Shown in pieces: positions 24,400-38,394 of a stretch of 64,000 nucleotides of DNA (within the stretch, counting starts at the first letter, position 1; each line of letters opens with the position of its first letter). The notes beneath the pieces were generated by a model, which worked only from the letters and a program-made list of their open reading frames with translations, had not been told where the DNA came from and ran no database searches. The DNA is from Mobula hypostoma (taxonomy: Eukaryota): contig NC_086109.1 of the NCBI RefSeq assembly GCF_963921235.1, positions 28,708,001-28,772,000 of the forward strand. The letters are read 5' to 3'. Both the position numbers and the translations under genes were made by a program.

Positions 24400-24401
<2 letters not shown>

Positions 24402-25517
24402 ATGTTTACTTTGACTAAATTTACAGAAACGTGAAAATCTGTAAAACAGAAAATTTCAGATTTCCAACATCTGCAGTTTTAGACCTTTCCCATAAAAAGG
24501 ACTAATCCATAGTTACCGCCTCAAAGTTAGCCTCTTAAAATGTTGAACACTAATATCATGCCGTGCCATAGTACGTTCAATCAAAGAACATTTGATAGTA
24601 GCAGGAATTGTAAAAGGTGATGCTGTTCCACCCTGTTTGCTTCTTTTACAAATGCCATCCATTCAAGGGAAATAGAGGACATAATCTGATCCCTAATCCC
24701 TAAGGAAATTCTCTCCAATGTATTACTCAGAAGAGACCATACAGTTTCAGAATCTGTCCCATTCCTGGCCCTCATCACTTTATCTTATTTTTAATGCTGA
24801 CAATTTTCATAGGCGATGAAGAAATCCAGGGCTAATTTTAAAGGAAGTTATGGTTATGGCAGGACTCTGTTCTTGAGAACTTTGTCACCCAAGTAGTTTG
24901 AAAGCCGGAAAAGCAGCCATAAACCAAATTCCCACACAGCAGAAGATGCCCGCAGCACAGTAGCAGCTGGCAAATTCATGGAGCCAGTCTCTGAATTGTT
25001 GGTTTGTCTGGACAGGCAGTACATAAGTTGAGTGAGCGTAAGCTGGGCAGAACCTATACTAACATTCATTTTCTATTCAGTGTAAGCACATAGAGTTTGA
25101 GAGCTCAAAAATGCACAGTTTGATATTTATGAAAGTAAAATTTATTACTTTCTTATGGCTAAAATCCATCAGAATTCAATGTGAGTTATTGTCTTTTATG
25201 TCAAATGAGATCTAACACACTTCAGAGATGTGATTTCTCAGCATAAACAGTTCCTTCCTCGGAATAAAGTAACATATTATGGGATCAAAGTAATAATGGC
25301 TTGTGAAGCCAACTATTTCAATCCAGATGTTTGAATTTTACATTAGCAGTACGATTGCCAACCAACTGTTTAGCTTGTATGGCTCAGTCAAGTAACAATC
25401 AACTTATGAACAGATTTGTAAATGCAGATCCAATCTTTACAGCTGTGAAGGATCTCGTATCTTCTGTAAATATTAAATTTTCAGCAACAGCTTACTTCAA
25501 TGCAGTGTTTAAATCAT

Positions 25518-26030
25518 GATTCAAATCAGGTTATTATCACTGATATGTCATGAATTCTATCATCTTGTGGCAGCAGTACAGTGCAATACATAAAAATTTG
25601 TGAAACGTTCTAATTGAAATATATTAAAAATAAATAGTGCAAAAAAAGAACATAAAAGTGAGTTGGTATTCATGGGCTGATCAGAAATCTGATGGCAGAG
25701 AGGAAGAAGCTGTTCCTAAAATGTTGAGTATGCAGCATGGGACTCCTGTCCCTCCTCCCAGGTTAAAGGAAGAAGAAGAGGGCATACCCTGGAGTTTGGG
25801 GGTTCCCAAAGATTGATGCCACCTTCTTAAGATGCCCTCAAAGGTAGGGGCAACCAGTGCCCACAATGGAGGTGGATGAGTCTACAACACTCTGCCACTT
25901 TTTTTGACCCTGTGCATTGGAGCCTCCATATAAGGCAGTGATGCAACCACTCAGAATTCTCTCCACACTGCATCTGTAGACATTTGCTAGAGTCTTTGGT
26001 CACATAGCAAATCTCCTCAAACTCTTAATG
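25518..26030 (-). mobile_element. Rex1/Babar-type 3' fragment
   Basis: aaatcaggttattatcactga tail; aagaagctgttcct; ctctccacactgcatctgtaga. Confidence 0.65.
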
Positions 26031-28961
26031 AAAATACAGTAGAAGTACTTTAGTAAATAACAATTGGGTCCAGGCATATCATTACCCCTCTAACAAAATC
26101 ACAAAAAACAACTCATTTGGTCTTTACCTCATTGCTTTGTACGAGCTTGCCATGGTCAATCAGCTGCATTTTTTTCCCTTCATTACTATGGAAACTACAT
26201 TTTAAGAATTCTTAATTGGTTACAAAGTGATCTGGACACATCTAGATGTTACAAAAAACATAAAATAATGCAAATACATTTTCAATAGAATCACTCTGAC
26301 CAGGCAACCAAGGTATTCTCAGGCTTCAGGCTTCTGTATACGAAACATTTGCTATGATGTTCGTGAGGATGCTGAGGGGCAGCATGGCAATGAAGGCAAA
26401 GTGAACTCTAGCAGCAGCAGAGTGTGAATTGATCATTCGCACAGGGAGAAAAGTAAGAGCAAAAATAACAGAGCACAGACGTGTGAAAAGCAGCAGATGG
26501 GAATGAAGGGGTTAAATTTACTGGACAGAGAAAGAGAGGTGGTAAAAGAGCAAGAAGAGTTAAAGAGCAGCAAAATACAGTCAGGTTATGTAGAAGTTAA
26601 TTGGTAATTTGACCAGGACAATTTCAGTGCTGTGGGTGGATCAAACTCAAGGCAGGAGAAAACAGAAAAGAGAGTGATGATAAATGTGAAGCATAAATAT
26701 CAAAGCATCAAATATCTTGTAGTGCTCTCTTATACAGGATTATTTATTCCATTGCAGGTATATAATTTACCAAATGATGTCCAAAGTTTTGTACTTTATA
26801 ATCGAACTCACTAATAAGGGCTTTAATAAGGAATGACATGTTTCTTCTATTTTAAAGTATTTTACACATAAAAATGAAGAACAGAACTCAATATGGATGA
26901 TTAAAAGAGTATTACAAACTACTCATTATTTATGAGATTGAGAAAGGGTAACATTTCACAATGAGAATGGCAGAATTCTTTGAATCAGTGTATTTGGTGT
27001 AAACTATATTTAACATGAAGCATAGTTTGCTGATTTCAACAGGAAAGTTTATAGGATCTCAGCAACTGCCTTCTGCTCCTTCAGAATAAGAGTAGTAGGG
27101 AAAAAGAATCCACTAGAAATTTGCTCCTGATTTTGTTGATGGAAACTGCTGGCCAGGAAAGATAAAAATTAAAAGGAGAAAGTGAAGCGGCGGGGGGGAG
27201 GAATGGGGGCAAACAATGAGGCTAGGAGAACTGTGTGAAATTTTAGGCTTATCACAGTTGAAGGCTGTGTCAAGACTCGAGATAAATTTATGATTTATGG
27301 CAACAGATTGCTTGCTTGTGCCTGTACCTATATGTAAGAACATGAGCTTGGAAGCATAAAAAAGGACCACATTCATGCCGATAAATCCAAATATAATTAC
27401 TATTGTCCAGGAACTGATCCCCAGTTTTTTTGCATCTTTAATCTATTCTAATCCCTCTTGTACTGTCATTATATTGAAGTCAGATGAAAATGTGCTGATG
27501 TGATCACATAGAGCACTTTAGGGCATTTAGTGCTGCTGTCCAGAGAAGAAGATATTCACAGCAAGATTTTCCTGTTGAAGTAAGTGAAAATTGGAGGCAA
27601 TAAAGTTGGAAGGAAAATTGCACATTACTTCAGCCAAATCCTTCAGTTATGTTCTGATATCTATTTGCTTTCTACAGATCTTACTGGTGGTAGATAACTT
27701 ATCTTTTTTTGCTACTTAATACTGACTAATTTGTGTTACAGTGAACAATTATTCCCTCAATAATAAACGTTCCATTTTAGTAAAGTGCCAGCTTAATACA
27801 CTTAAGAGGACATTAACTTTGATTAAGTAGTTTGAATACATATCATCCCCTAGAATAAGGTTTTGCTCCTAGACACAAAAAAACTTCCAGAAAAATAGGA
27901 CTCTGACGGGCATTTTAAAATTTCTAATAAATATTTCAAATTAGCATTTAATTGAACTTCTTATTTCATTCATCAATAGAAAATAGTTAATGAGAGGTTA
28001 GAGCTTATTGCTGCCAAGTTGTAATTGCCTTCTATTCTTATGATTTTGTGAGCTCCAACTGAGGACACCATGTCCCTGCAGGCAAAAAGTCTTCCACTAA
28101 AATCTTGGTAGTCCACCATAAGCCTCATTAAATTTGCAACAAGTTATTTAAGTAACTGCACTGTGAGATACCAAGAGCTGATTTGCATCCTCTCTGACAA
28201 TACTGCACACCATGATGAAGCACAGAGCAGTGTTCACCTCATCCCTCTTCTCCACATGCTACTGTCTTATTGGTTATTTCTTCCTGTTTTCCATCTCCCC
28301 CGGTAATGACAATTCCCATCGAAGAAAGTTTGACACTGAGCTGCATAAAGCGTTTTTGAGAGTGATCATTCAATTGAAAGTTAACAGATCTGAGCAGACA
28401 TGCTGGCTTTTCTGCCGTCAAGTAGATGCATAGCACAGAAATAGGTTTTTTGGCCCAATCCATCCATGCTGATCAAATTGCCTACCTGACCTAGTCCCAT
28501 ATGACCACATTTCACCCATCTCCTTCTAAATCTTTGCTATCCATGTATCTGTCCAAATGTCTTTTAATTATATTTGTACCCACCTCTACCAATTCCTCTG
28601 GTAGCTTGTTCCACATACCCACCAGCCTCTGCGTGAAAAATTTCCCCCTTTGAGTCTTTCCCCTCTCACCTTAAACCTATGCCCTTCCCTGGAAAATGGA
28701 CTGTGGTCATTCACCCTATCTATGCTCCTCATACTTTTATATATCTCTATAACCTCATCCCTCATCCTCTTTTCCTCTGGGGGGAAAAAACCCCCGATCT
28801 AACCAGTCTCTTCTTATGACTCAAAGTCTCCAGTCCCAGTAACATCCTTGTGAGCCTTTTCTGCACCCTTTCCAGGTTAATGGCATCTTTCCTATATCTC
28901 AGCAAAGAGAACTTCACACAGTACTCCATGCAGTCTCATCAATATCTTGTTACATGATATT

Positions 28962-29945
28962 TATTTTGTATTTCTTTAATTAGAGTTACAGCACAAAACA
29001 GGCCCTTCTGGCCCTTAGAGCTATGCTGCCCAGCAAACCACCAATTTAACCTTTGGCTCATCACCAGACAAGGGGAGAGGGGAGGAGAAGATGGCGACAC
29101 GACGTAGCGCACGTGGCCGCTCTGGAATGATATCGTATTTGTTAAGTAGGGGCCGTGCACAATCCTGATTTGATGGAGACAGACGTGAGAAGCACAGGGG
29201 AACATCTGGAGAGACTTCTGAAATGCCCGCTTTGCTGCCACTGCTACTGTGCGATCGAGAATCTCCGGAGGGGAAGGCCCCAAATCCTCGGCTTTGCCTA
29301 TTGCCGGGGCCGGGTTCGAAGCACTCGGCAGAGATGCTGCTCGGTGTCGGAGGGTTGGTCGGAGGCTCGAAGTTTTTGGACGGACTCAAGAGTCGGCTGT
29401 GGTCGGGTGCTTCCAGGGTGCTGCATCGGCAAGTTTGCGGTGCTGGAATTTCATGGAGGGAGAGTTTCTCTTCCTTCTACTGTCTGCATGAGATGATGGG
29501 ACTTTTGAGAGACTTTGAGACTTTTTTTTACCGTGCCCATGGTCTGTTCTTTATCAAATTACGGTATTGCTTTGCATTGTTGTAACTATATGTTATAATT
29601 ATGTGGTTTTTGTCAGTTTTTTTAGTCTTGGTTTGCCTTGTGTTTCTGTGATATTATTCTGGAGGAACATTGTATTATTTCTTAATGCATGCATTACTAA
29701 ATGACAATAAAAGAGGACTGCATGTCCTCATAATCTAATCTAATCTAATTTACAATGGTCAATTATCCTACCAACCAGTATATCTTTGGGACTTTGGGAG
29801 GAAATCAGAGGACCCGCAGGAAACCTATTTTCACAAGGGAAAGAACTTACAAGCTTCCTTATAGAGGGTACCAGCATTGAACTCTGAACTTTGATGCCCT
29901 GAGCTGTCAGAGTTTTGCGCCAACCGTGATGCTACCATAGCACCC
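28962..29945 (-). mobile_element. V-domain SINE interrupted at 29072-29748
   Basis: Tail gcacaaaacaggcccttctggccc; accagacaa|tttacaatggtcaatt joins across the insertion. Confidence 0.8.
29072..29748 (+). mobile_element. Non-autonomous retroelement with GC-rich AAGATGGCG head and (TAATC)n tail
   Basis: Empty site preserved in the paralogous segment 30891-31104; tiny tail-only copy at ~3620-3663. Confidence 0.75.
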
Positions 29946-30890
29946 TAAATTTATATACAGGTGTTTTGACCAATGAAGGGAAGAAAGTCAAACATGTTCT
30001 TCACCAACTTTTATGAAATTATGTACTTGTATCCTTTGGTCTCTCTGTTATTTCCAGTGTATGGCCAGCTCTGGTTTACCTTCCAAAATGCAACACCTTG
30101 CAATTGCTGAGTTAAATTCCATCTGCTGTTCATTGTTTTAAATCCTGTTGTAACCTTAAGATAACCTTCTTCATTGTCCACTATGGCACTAATTTTGGCA
30201 CCATCCACAACTTACTCATTGTGCCAAATGAATTCACATCCAGATTGTTGATAAAGATGGTGAAAATCAGTAGACCCAGTACCAGTCTGGGAAATAAACA
30301 TTGACTACCACCCTTTGATGCCTACCACAAAGCTAAATTTGTGTCCATTTAGCTAGATCTAACTACCAACCTACATAACTAGTCTACGTTGCCAGATCTT
30401 GTCAAAGTGATTTCTAAAGTCCACATAAAAACTGTCCACTGCCCATGCTTAATTGCCTACATGCTCAGTCCCTTGAGTAGGGCTTGAGACTCACACATGA
30501 GCATCTATCTCACTTCCTTCAAGCATCAACTCAAGCAACAAAATTCTAAATATGAGATAACCAAGACTTAACCAATAGTTGATATTTGGTGGGAAGAAAG
30601 CAACTTGTGTGTGTAAGAACCCAGTCTGTCTGGCTCATAGTTAAACTAAAGAAATATTTCTTCACCTCAATTCCAAATGGTATACTTTATACTTTATTGT
30701 TGCCAAACAATTGATACTAGAACGTACAATCATCACAGTGATATCTGATTCTGCACTCCCCACTCCCTGAATTACAAATATTAAATATTTAAAATATTGA
30801 AAATAGTGAAAGTTAGTAAATATTTTAAAATTAAATTATAAATCATAAATAGAAAATAGAAAAATGGAAAGTAAGGTAGTGCAAAAAAAC

Positions 30891-31345
30891 AGAGCTATGA
30901 TGCCCAGCAAACCACCAATATGACCCTTGGCTAGTCACCAGACAATTTACAATGGCCAATTATCCTACCAACCAGTACACCTTTGGGACCTTGGGAGGAA
31001 ATCAGAGCACCTGCAGGAAACCTATTTTCACAAGGGAAAGAACATACAGACTTCCTTATAGAGGGTACCAACATTGAACTCTGAACTTTGACACCCTGAG
31101 CTGTATCATATTTCGGATACAGCATGGTAACAGCCCCAACAAAACCATAACACCTAATTATACCCATGTGACCAATTACCCTACTAAACCATACATCTTT
31201 GTAATGTGGGGGAAAACCAGAGCACCCGGATGCCACATGGTCACAGAGAGAATGTAGAAACTCCTTCAAGACAGCAGAGGGAATTGAACTTGGGTTGCTG
31301 TCACTGAAATAGCATTACACTAACCAATACTCTACCTTGCCATCC
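30891..31345 (-). mobile_element. Two adjacent V-SINE pieces (30891-31104 and ~31110-31345)
   Basis: V-domain complements gggaggaaatcagagcacctgcagg and ggggaaaaccagagcacccgga. Confidence 0.7.
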
Positions 31346-31659
31346 AAGGATCTTGAGGCTGTGATGCTTGGTTCTGAACTCTCCTGCGATCAGGAACAGC
31401 CCTCCTTTATCTGGACTCTTGAACCCTATTCAAACTTCACTGATTTCTATGAGATCCTTCCTAATTTTTCTATTCTTTACTCTAGTGAATACAAGTCTGA
31501 CTGACCCTAACTCTCGTGCATCAATCTTGCCATCGCAGGAAACAATTCAGTAACTCATTGTTCCTTCCTCTTTCCTCCTTGGCAAGTACAACCTTCATGA
31601 GATAAGGTGATCAACACTATGCACAGAACTCCACGAGGTTTCAGTAATGATCCATACAG

Positions 31660-32605
31660 ATTCACATTCAGTTATTTATCAAATGTTCATCAAAACATAT
31701 TATGAAATGTGTTGTTATGTTAACAACCAACACAACCTAATGATGTTCTGAGGATGTGAGATTTTATGAATAAAACATGCAAGAGTTATTTTATGTGCTT
31801 AAAATATGCTGCAGCTCCTTACGTCCATTACGAACAAAACCAAAAGCAGCCACCTTACACTGACATCATTACGTCAGACACCGTCTCCTAAAGTGCCACC
31901 ACACACATTCTGGGACCAACATAACAGGGCCATAATGCTCAGCAGAACACAACAAGCAACAAAACAACAACAGAAAAACAAGCCCATTCCCTCCCTCCTA
32001 TCCATCCAAGCACACGGACAGTCCCCTATCCTCAGAACTCTAGGGCTCCAGACTCCAGTCTTCAGGCCTCAGGCATCGGGCTTCAATTTTCACACTTCCG
32101 ATCAAACTTTGGGCTTGCCTTTGGTATCGATCCCTGAACTAGCCCATGACGGGACCCTGAACTCCAAGCTCAGACTTTGGACTTGCTTACACACCTCATG
32201 CTCCCTGTTCATATGCCCATCTGATCACACAACCCACCGACCTGGAACAGCTCGACATCCGCGCGTGTCCTTCATCACCCATCCATGTTGCTGGCCCTCG
32301 AGTGCTGAGCAGCAGCTTGGATTCTGGATGTCTTTCATCCCATGTCCAACTTGCTGGCCTTAGCGTGCAGAGCAGAAAGCTACACTCTGGAGTCCTTTAT
32401 CATCCGTCCACATCTCTGGCCTACGAACACGAAGTGCGAAATAGAGGCCTAGACTCTGGTCTGACCTCGATCTCTGCCACATGCCTGTCCCTAAATTCTG
32501 ATCTGACGTCTAACTTCCTGCTCCATCCCTAAAACATCCTTACAAACTTAAAAAAAACCTAAGTCCGAACCACAATGTCGATGGAGACCATCTTAGCACC
32601 ATCTT
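31660..32605 (-). mobile_element. Non-autonomous retroelement with AAGATGGTGC head (CpG-decayed)
   Basis: Head at 32596-32605, GC-richer body, tail resembling the SINE/LINE tail at 34961-35275. Confidence 0.45.
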
Positions 32606-33224
32606 GAGATAGTTTCCTCCTCAAGCTAGTGTCTATAGTATACTGCTGCAGCAAGATGTCTTTGCCCCTGTACTCAATTTGTCTGCAATAAGAGCCAACA
32701 TGCTATTTGTCTGATGTAATGTTAGGTGTAATGGGAGTGCACAGACACAGCTGGAAGGGAGGTGCTGGTGGAATATAGCCAGGGAAGATAGTCATTATTC
32801 ATCTGCTATATCTCCACAAATATGTAATCCTTTAGTTCTTACTGTGTCTAGGCCTTACATTTTGCTGCCAGGCTCTGACAGGTCTTTCCTTTTTAATCCT
32901 AGATCTTTACTGTATCTCTTTAAGTGCTTGCAGATTTCACTGCTGCTTAAGTATTTCCATGACTACTTCTGGAAACAAAACCACTTCCAGCTGCTCAGAG
33001 AAAGATGTATTTGTTATGGAATGTTACCAACTTTAAGCACCTTCATCCAAGTGAATCCTGAATCAGTCCATATCATAAATTCTTCCAATGTCTGATACTC
33101 CCAAATGTCTCCAACCATCATAGTAGGTAATCATATTTTCTTCTAGCAGTCTAAAATCTTGGTATCTTTTCCTCATCCACTGCATTGTAAAAGCTCAAAA
33201 CCAGGATGCTGCCTGCAATAGAGA

Positions 33225-34043
33225 GCATGTCTTTTGAAGATAGGTTGAGCGAGTTAGGGCTTTTCTCCTTGAAGAGAAGGAGAATGAGAGGTGACTTTAT
33301 AGAGGTGTACATGATAAAGGCCATAAATAGAGTGAGACAGCCAGAGACTTTTTCCCAGGACCAAACTGGATAATACTAGGGGGCATACTGGAGGAAAGTA
33401 TAGGGCGGATGTCAGAGGTAAGTTCTTTACACAGAGAGTGGTGGATGCTTGGAGAGCCTTGTCAAACATAGTGGTAGAGGCAGATACATTAGGGGTATTT
33501 ATGAAACTCTTAGCTAGGCACATGGATGATAGAAAAATGGAGGGCTATGTTGAAAGAATGTTGAAGTTTTTTCCCCATTTTTCTCTTTCTCTTTTTTCTC
33601 CCTCTGTCCCCCTCACTATAACTCTGCCTGGTCTCCATCCTCTGGGCGCCCATCCCCCTTTCTTTCTCCCTAGGCTTCCCATCCCATGATCCTTTCCCTT
33701 CCTCAGCGTTGTATCCCTTTTGCCAATCAACTTACCAGCTCTTTACTCCATCCCTCCATCCCTCTCCCTCCTGTCTTCTCCTATCAGTTTGGACCCCCCC
33801 CCCACCACTTTCAAATCTCTTACTATCTCCTCTTTCAGTTAGTCCTGATGAAGGGTCTTGGCCCAAAACTTCAACCGTACCTCTTCCTATAGATGGTGCC
33901 TGGCCTGCTGCATTCACCAGCATTTTTTGTGTGTGTTGAAAGAAAAGGTTTGATTGATCTTATAGTAGGGTAAAAGGTTGGAACAACATTGTGGGCTGAA
34001 AGACCTGTACTGCTCTGTAATGCTCTATATGTTCTATGTTCTA
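33225..34043 (+). mobile_element. CR1 3' fragment split by a PLE
   Basis: FTQRVVDAWRALSNIVVEADTL; tail gggctgaaagacctgtactgctctgtaatgctctatatgttctatgttcta. Confidence 0.85.
33559..33933 (+). mobile_element. PLE 3' UTR/terminal fragment with 11-bp TSD and decayed hammerhead
   Basis: TSD tgttgaaagaa at 33548-33558 and 33934-33944; agtc-CTGATGA-agggtcttggccc-AAAA at 33841. Confidence 0.8.
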
Positions 34044-34960
34044 AAACAACACCTTTTCACAGAGATCCAGAATTTCCCCTTTCTCCTGTTTTCCAATTCT
34101 TATAGATTGTAACCTCCATGGCATCTTCAATCAACACCACTCTCTACCCCCAACTTCCTCCACTACATATCCTCAAACCGATATATCATTCAATCACTCC
34201 AAGCACATTGTGAGAAATCGTTGTGTCTGAGATGTTGAAGAGTCCTTCAGTAGCACTGGAGGTAGGCTTTATAAATATAATCCTAAGTGGGAACTGGACT
34301 TGATTGGAAGCTAACCCTCCAACTCCTTTGTATAAAAAAGAAATATGGGTGCCTACAGTAAAATAATAAGAGGATAATGCATAAAAAAGTGTGACAAATG
34401 GTAGAGTGTGTGGGAAGAATTAGTGAGCACACTAGTATGTGTAAGTTGTAGCAGGAGATGCCATGGAAGCATGTGATATGTGTGCACTGGGATAACATCT
34501 AACGCAGAACTGAAGAGAGAATAATATGAGATCTGAATTAATACTTCCCTCTTTGCAATCCTGCTGACATCACTAAACTACTTGCATGCAACACTCTACA
34601 TCCAATTTCTCTGTCATCTCTTGTCATCAGTATGGCCGCAGACTCACGAACACTTGAAAATACTCTTCTCATGAATGCCTTCCACCAGGATCTCATGTTA
34701 ATGTTGTTTCCTGTCATGTATTAAGTATGTAAAGCAGACATTCTCGTTTACAATGAGAATGCACCTGCCTATGAGAAACAAGTTGCCTTTGCCTAGGTCC
34801 AGTCAGCAACCCTAACAGTCCAATTGTCACTGAACAAGGTGGAGGTTTTACAAGTCTATAATTCTATGTTGATAAAATAAGGTATATAACTATAGCCATG
34901 TGTTCAGATAGAGAGATATAGTGTTACTGTTATTGGCTTACTGGTACTTTGTCAAATGTA

Positions 34961-35275
34961 GGTGATGGCACAGTGGCATAGTGATCAGCCTAATCCTTTA
35001 AAGCATTGGCTGTGAGATTAGAGTTCGATTCCGACTGCTGTCTGTAAGGAGTTTATACCTTCTCCCCATGACCATGTGGGTTTTCCCTGGGTGGTCTCAT
35101 TCCCTCACACATTCCAAAGACGTGTGGGTTAGAGTTTTCTTGTGAGCTGCGGAAATACTATCTTGGTGCTGGAAATGTGGTGACACTTGTGGGCTGCTTA
35201 GCACAATCCTCGTTGATTTGACTTGATGCAACCACACATTTCACTGTATGCTTTGATGTACATGTGACAAACAAA
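34961..35275 (+). mobile_element. Full-length V-domain SINE (non-CR1 tail); minus-strand relative at ~45655-45935
   Basis: A box tggcatagtga, B box gagttcgattcc, V-domain, tail catttcactgtatgctttgatgtacatgtgacaaa. Confidence 0.75.
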
Positions 35276-35299
35276 ACTTTGTTCGGCTTGTGTACTGTT

Positions 35300-35705
35300 C
35301 ATGCTGATCAAATCACTACACTGCATTGAGGGAGAGCAAGGTCAAATGGTAACAGTTCAGAGTAAAGTGTAAAAGCTACAGAGAAAGTGCAATGCAGGTA
35401 GATAATGTACAAGATCATGGTGAAGTAGATTGTGAGGTCAAGTCCATGTCATCATACAAAAGGTCCATTAGAGAATTTGATAACCGTGAGAGAGAAGATG
35501 TCCTTGAGCCTGATGGTACGTGCTTTCAGGCTTTTGTTTTCTCTACCTGATGAAAGGGGGAGAAGAGAAAATATCCAAGGTGGGTGGGGTCTTTGATTAT
35601 GCTGGCTGAAGTAGTGAGAAGTATAGACAGAATCCACAGAGTTTCCAGGATGTACTGAGCTGCGTCTACAAATCTCTGCAGTTTCTTACAGTTTCATGCA
35701 GGGCA
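35300..35705 (-). mobile_element. Rex1/Babar-type 3' fragment
   Basis: Reverse strand reads FSLLPLSSGR..KSLKARTIRLKDIF, similar to other Rex1 C-termini here. Confidence 0.55.
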
Positions 35706-37855
35706 CTGCCAATCAATTGTCCAACACTAAGTTCAGGTCAATATGGTCCCTAACCCTGAGATAAAATGTGACTAAATAAATTATTCTAAGCAGTCCAACA
35801 GCCCTCTGACTAATTCCAGTGCCTGCTTTAGCGGAGGTGCATTAATCATGTATTTGTGAAGTGCAGATCAAAGTAATTCTACGGCCATATCTTGCAGTCA
35901 TCCTTTCAAAAGTTTACACAATGTACATGGATTGTGTGGCATTTAAATGGTTTTACTTAATTGTCAAATGATTAATTTATTCTTCACTGAAGTAAATGGA
36001 TTATGGTAAACAGTGAAATAAGTCATAATCTTAGAAATAGTTCAAAATGTTGTAAAATACATCCAAGCAACTGAAATACAAAAAAAAATGAAAACATTGC
36101 CACCAAGTTACTCCCTCTCTGTTGGCTACTTATTTCATTAAATCAATTTTGGTCCACCTCAAGGGCAGATTATTTAACTGTATTGCATAATAAGCAAACT
36201 TTCCCATTGCTTATTGCTTATGTTAGCTTGTTCTTGGAATGCAGATAAATTAGCTTGCTTAGAAACTTCTAACTTCATGTCAGCACTCACAAAAGTCTCC
36301 AGAGGATGAGGAATGACATGCTTGATGTTGACAAGCAGAATATTAGCAGAGCCAGTGATGTATTAAGCCTATTTCTAAGCATTCTTGTTTTTAGTTCCCA
36401 TTGTTTAAAGGGCAAAAGCCTTGATGAATGCGATAAGCATGACTTCAACATATATGTAAATTTTCACATTATTATGCTTGATATGAGTTTAACTGTTTCA
36501 CCTCACTATTTTACTCACAACAGAAATATTTTAACTGGTCTTTGAACAGGAGTCCCTTCAGGTTTAATTGAGATATTTAAAGCATTAACAGAATTCAACA
36601 GGGTAGATAGCAAGAAGCTATTTTCTCTGATACAGTACCAAATCAAAGTAATGGTACAGTAGAAATCTGGAATTCTCTACCCTGCCAATCCTTGGAGCTT
36701 TCATGACTGAGGCTGATTGATTTTTATTAGCTGAAGGTATCAAGGGATTTGGAACTAAAAGGGTAAATGGGACTGAGAAGCAAGCTAAAGTCCAATTGAT
36801 TGACAGGTTTTTGCTGAATGCTTTTCGCTGATCCCTGTTTTTATTGGATTTTTAGATTATGTATATTGTACAATTCTGTTTTCTGCAATAGTCCAAGGCA
36901 AAATATATAAAGTTATGACTGGATTATGAGGAGCAGCATTTGGAAGTGAGCTGTGTAAGGAGATTTAAGCTGCTTAAATGCTAGAATGTCACCCAAGGTG
37001 GCACCAATGGTTTATGAGGCATGGATTTTTACAGTGCCAGCTACAACCCGATGGTTACGACGTCAAATTTGCTAAAGCTAGCTGTCAGGAAAGGTTAGTA
37101 AATAAACAACATTCCCAGATAAGAAAAACTAGCATATTTGCAATTCGACTGCGGTTACTGCTTATGACCATTGCGCTTGACTACAAGTGCACATGCTGAG
37201 GCATCACGTTGTATGAAAACAGTGGTTTAAAATGATCAGGCTGTGTAGCTATTGAGGATAACTGCTGTTTACGGGATTTCTTTAATGTGGAATGGCCACA
37301 GCGTTTGTTTGCATGAACAATAATTACCTGTATGCTGAAACCAATTCATTGCATGCAGCATTATACACAAGTTGGAAGATGTGATTAGGGATGTTATAAA
37401 TTGAAATATTGATTGTAATAGGCTTATTTACTAATCCAATATTCCCAGATATGAGGCTTAGTTATTAGAATGCAGACTCGTTGGAAAGAGAGTGATGTAA
37501 CCCTAAAATCCAAGCACTACTTCTGTCAAACAAGGCACCCTATTAGAAACCCTGGATTTGTGAGCTCCTTCTTAGCATTCAGCTTTGGAACATATTTGGA
37601 CGTAATGATTTCAAATGTTTTTCCCTGAAATGATATTAAGTTTATATCATAAGTATTTTTTCAGTTGAACATTTCACTGCATGCTGATGAATGAGTTCTT
37701 CCAGAAAATGGTCACCTGGTGAGTGCAAATTACTGACATCATCTACAACTGAGTTGCAGACGTTATGTGTCATTAATGACTAACAAATCATCTGCAAGCC
37801 TGATAGGTCAAGACAAAACAGACTTACAATGTGTTCTGTCCTAAAAGTCAGTGTA

Positions 37856-38394
37856 CAATCTGTGGCTTCTTTATTATGTACATTTGCTCGTTAATGCAAA
37901 TATCTAATCAGCTAATCATGTGGTGGTAACACAATATATAAAAGCATGGAGAATCGGTCAAGAGCTTCAGTTGTTGATCATATCAAACATCAGAGTGGGG
38001 AAGACATGTGATCTAACTGACTTTGACTGTGGAATGATAGTTGGTGCCAGCTGGGCTGGTTTGAGTATCTCAGGATCTGCTGATCTCCTGGAACTTTCAT
38101 GCACAACTAGAGTTACAGAAATGGTGCAAACACAGTGAGCAGTTGTTCTGTGGGCAAAAATGCTTTGTTAATGAGAGAGGTCAGATGTCAATGGCCAGAC
38201 TGTTTCAAGCTGACAGGAGGAAACAAAAACTCAAATAATCACACAGTACAATGTGGTGTGCAGAAGTCCATTTCTAAATGCACAACATGTCGATTCTTGA
38301 AGTGGATAGGTTACAGTAGCAGAAGGCCATGAACGTATATCCAGCAGCCAATTTATTAAGTACAAAAGTTATCTAATAAAGTGGCTGCTGAGTC
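37856..38394 (+). mobile_element. Tc1/mariner deletion derivative, copy 1
   Basis: TA-flanked; transposase N-terminal remnant GKTCDLTDFDCGMIVGA..GLSISGSADLL; decayed TIR cactcagtggccactttattaggtac. Confidence 0.8.

Larger units (their letters stand above)
28428..30445 (-). mobile_element. CR1 fragment split by nested SINE and non-autonomous element
   Basis: CR1 tail at left end; RT-derived sequence resumes ~29950-30445. Confidence 0.7.
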
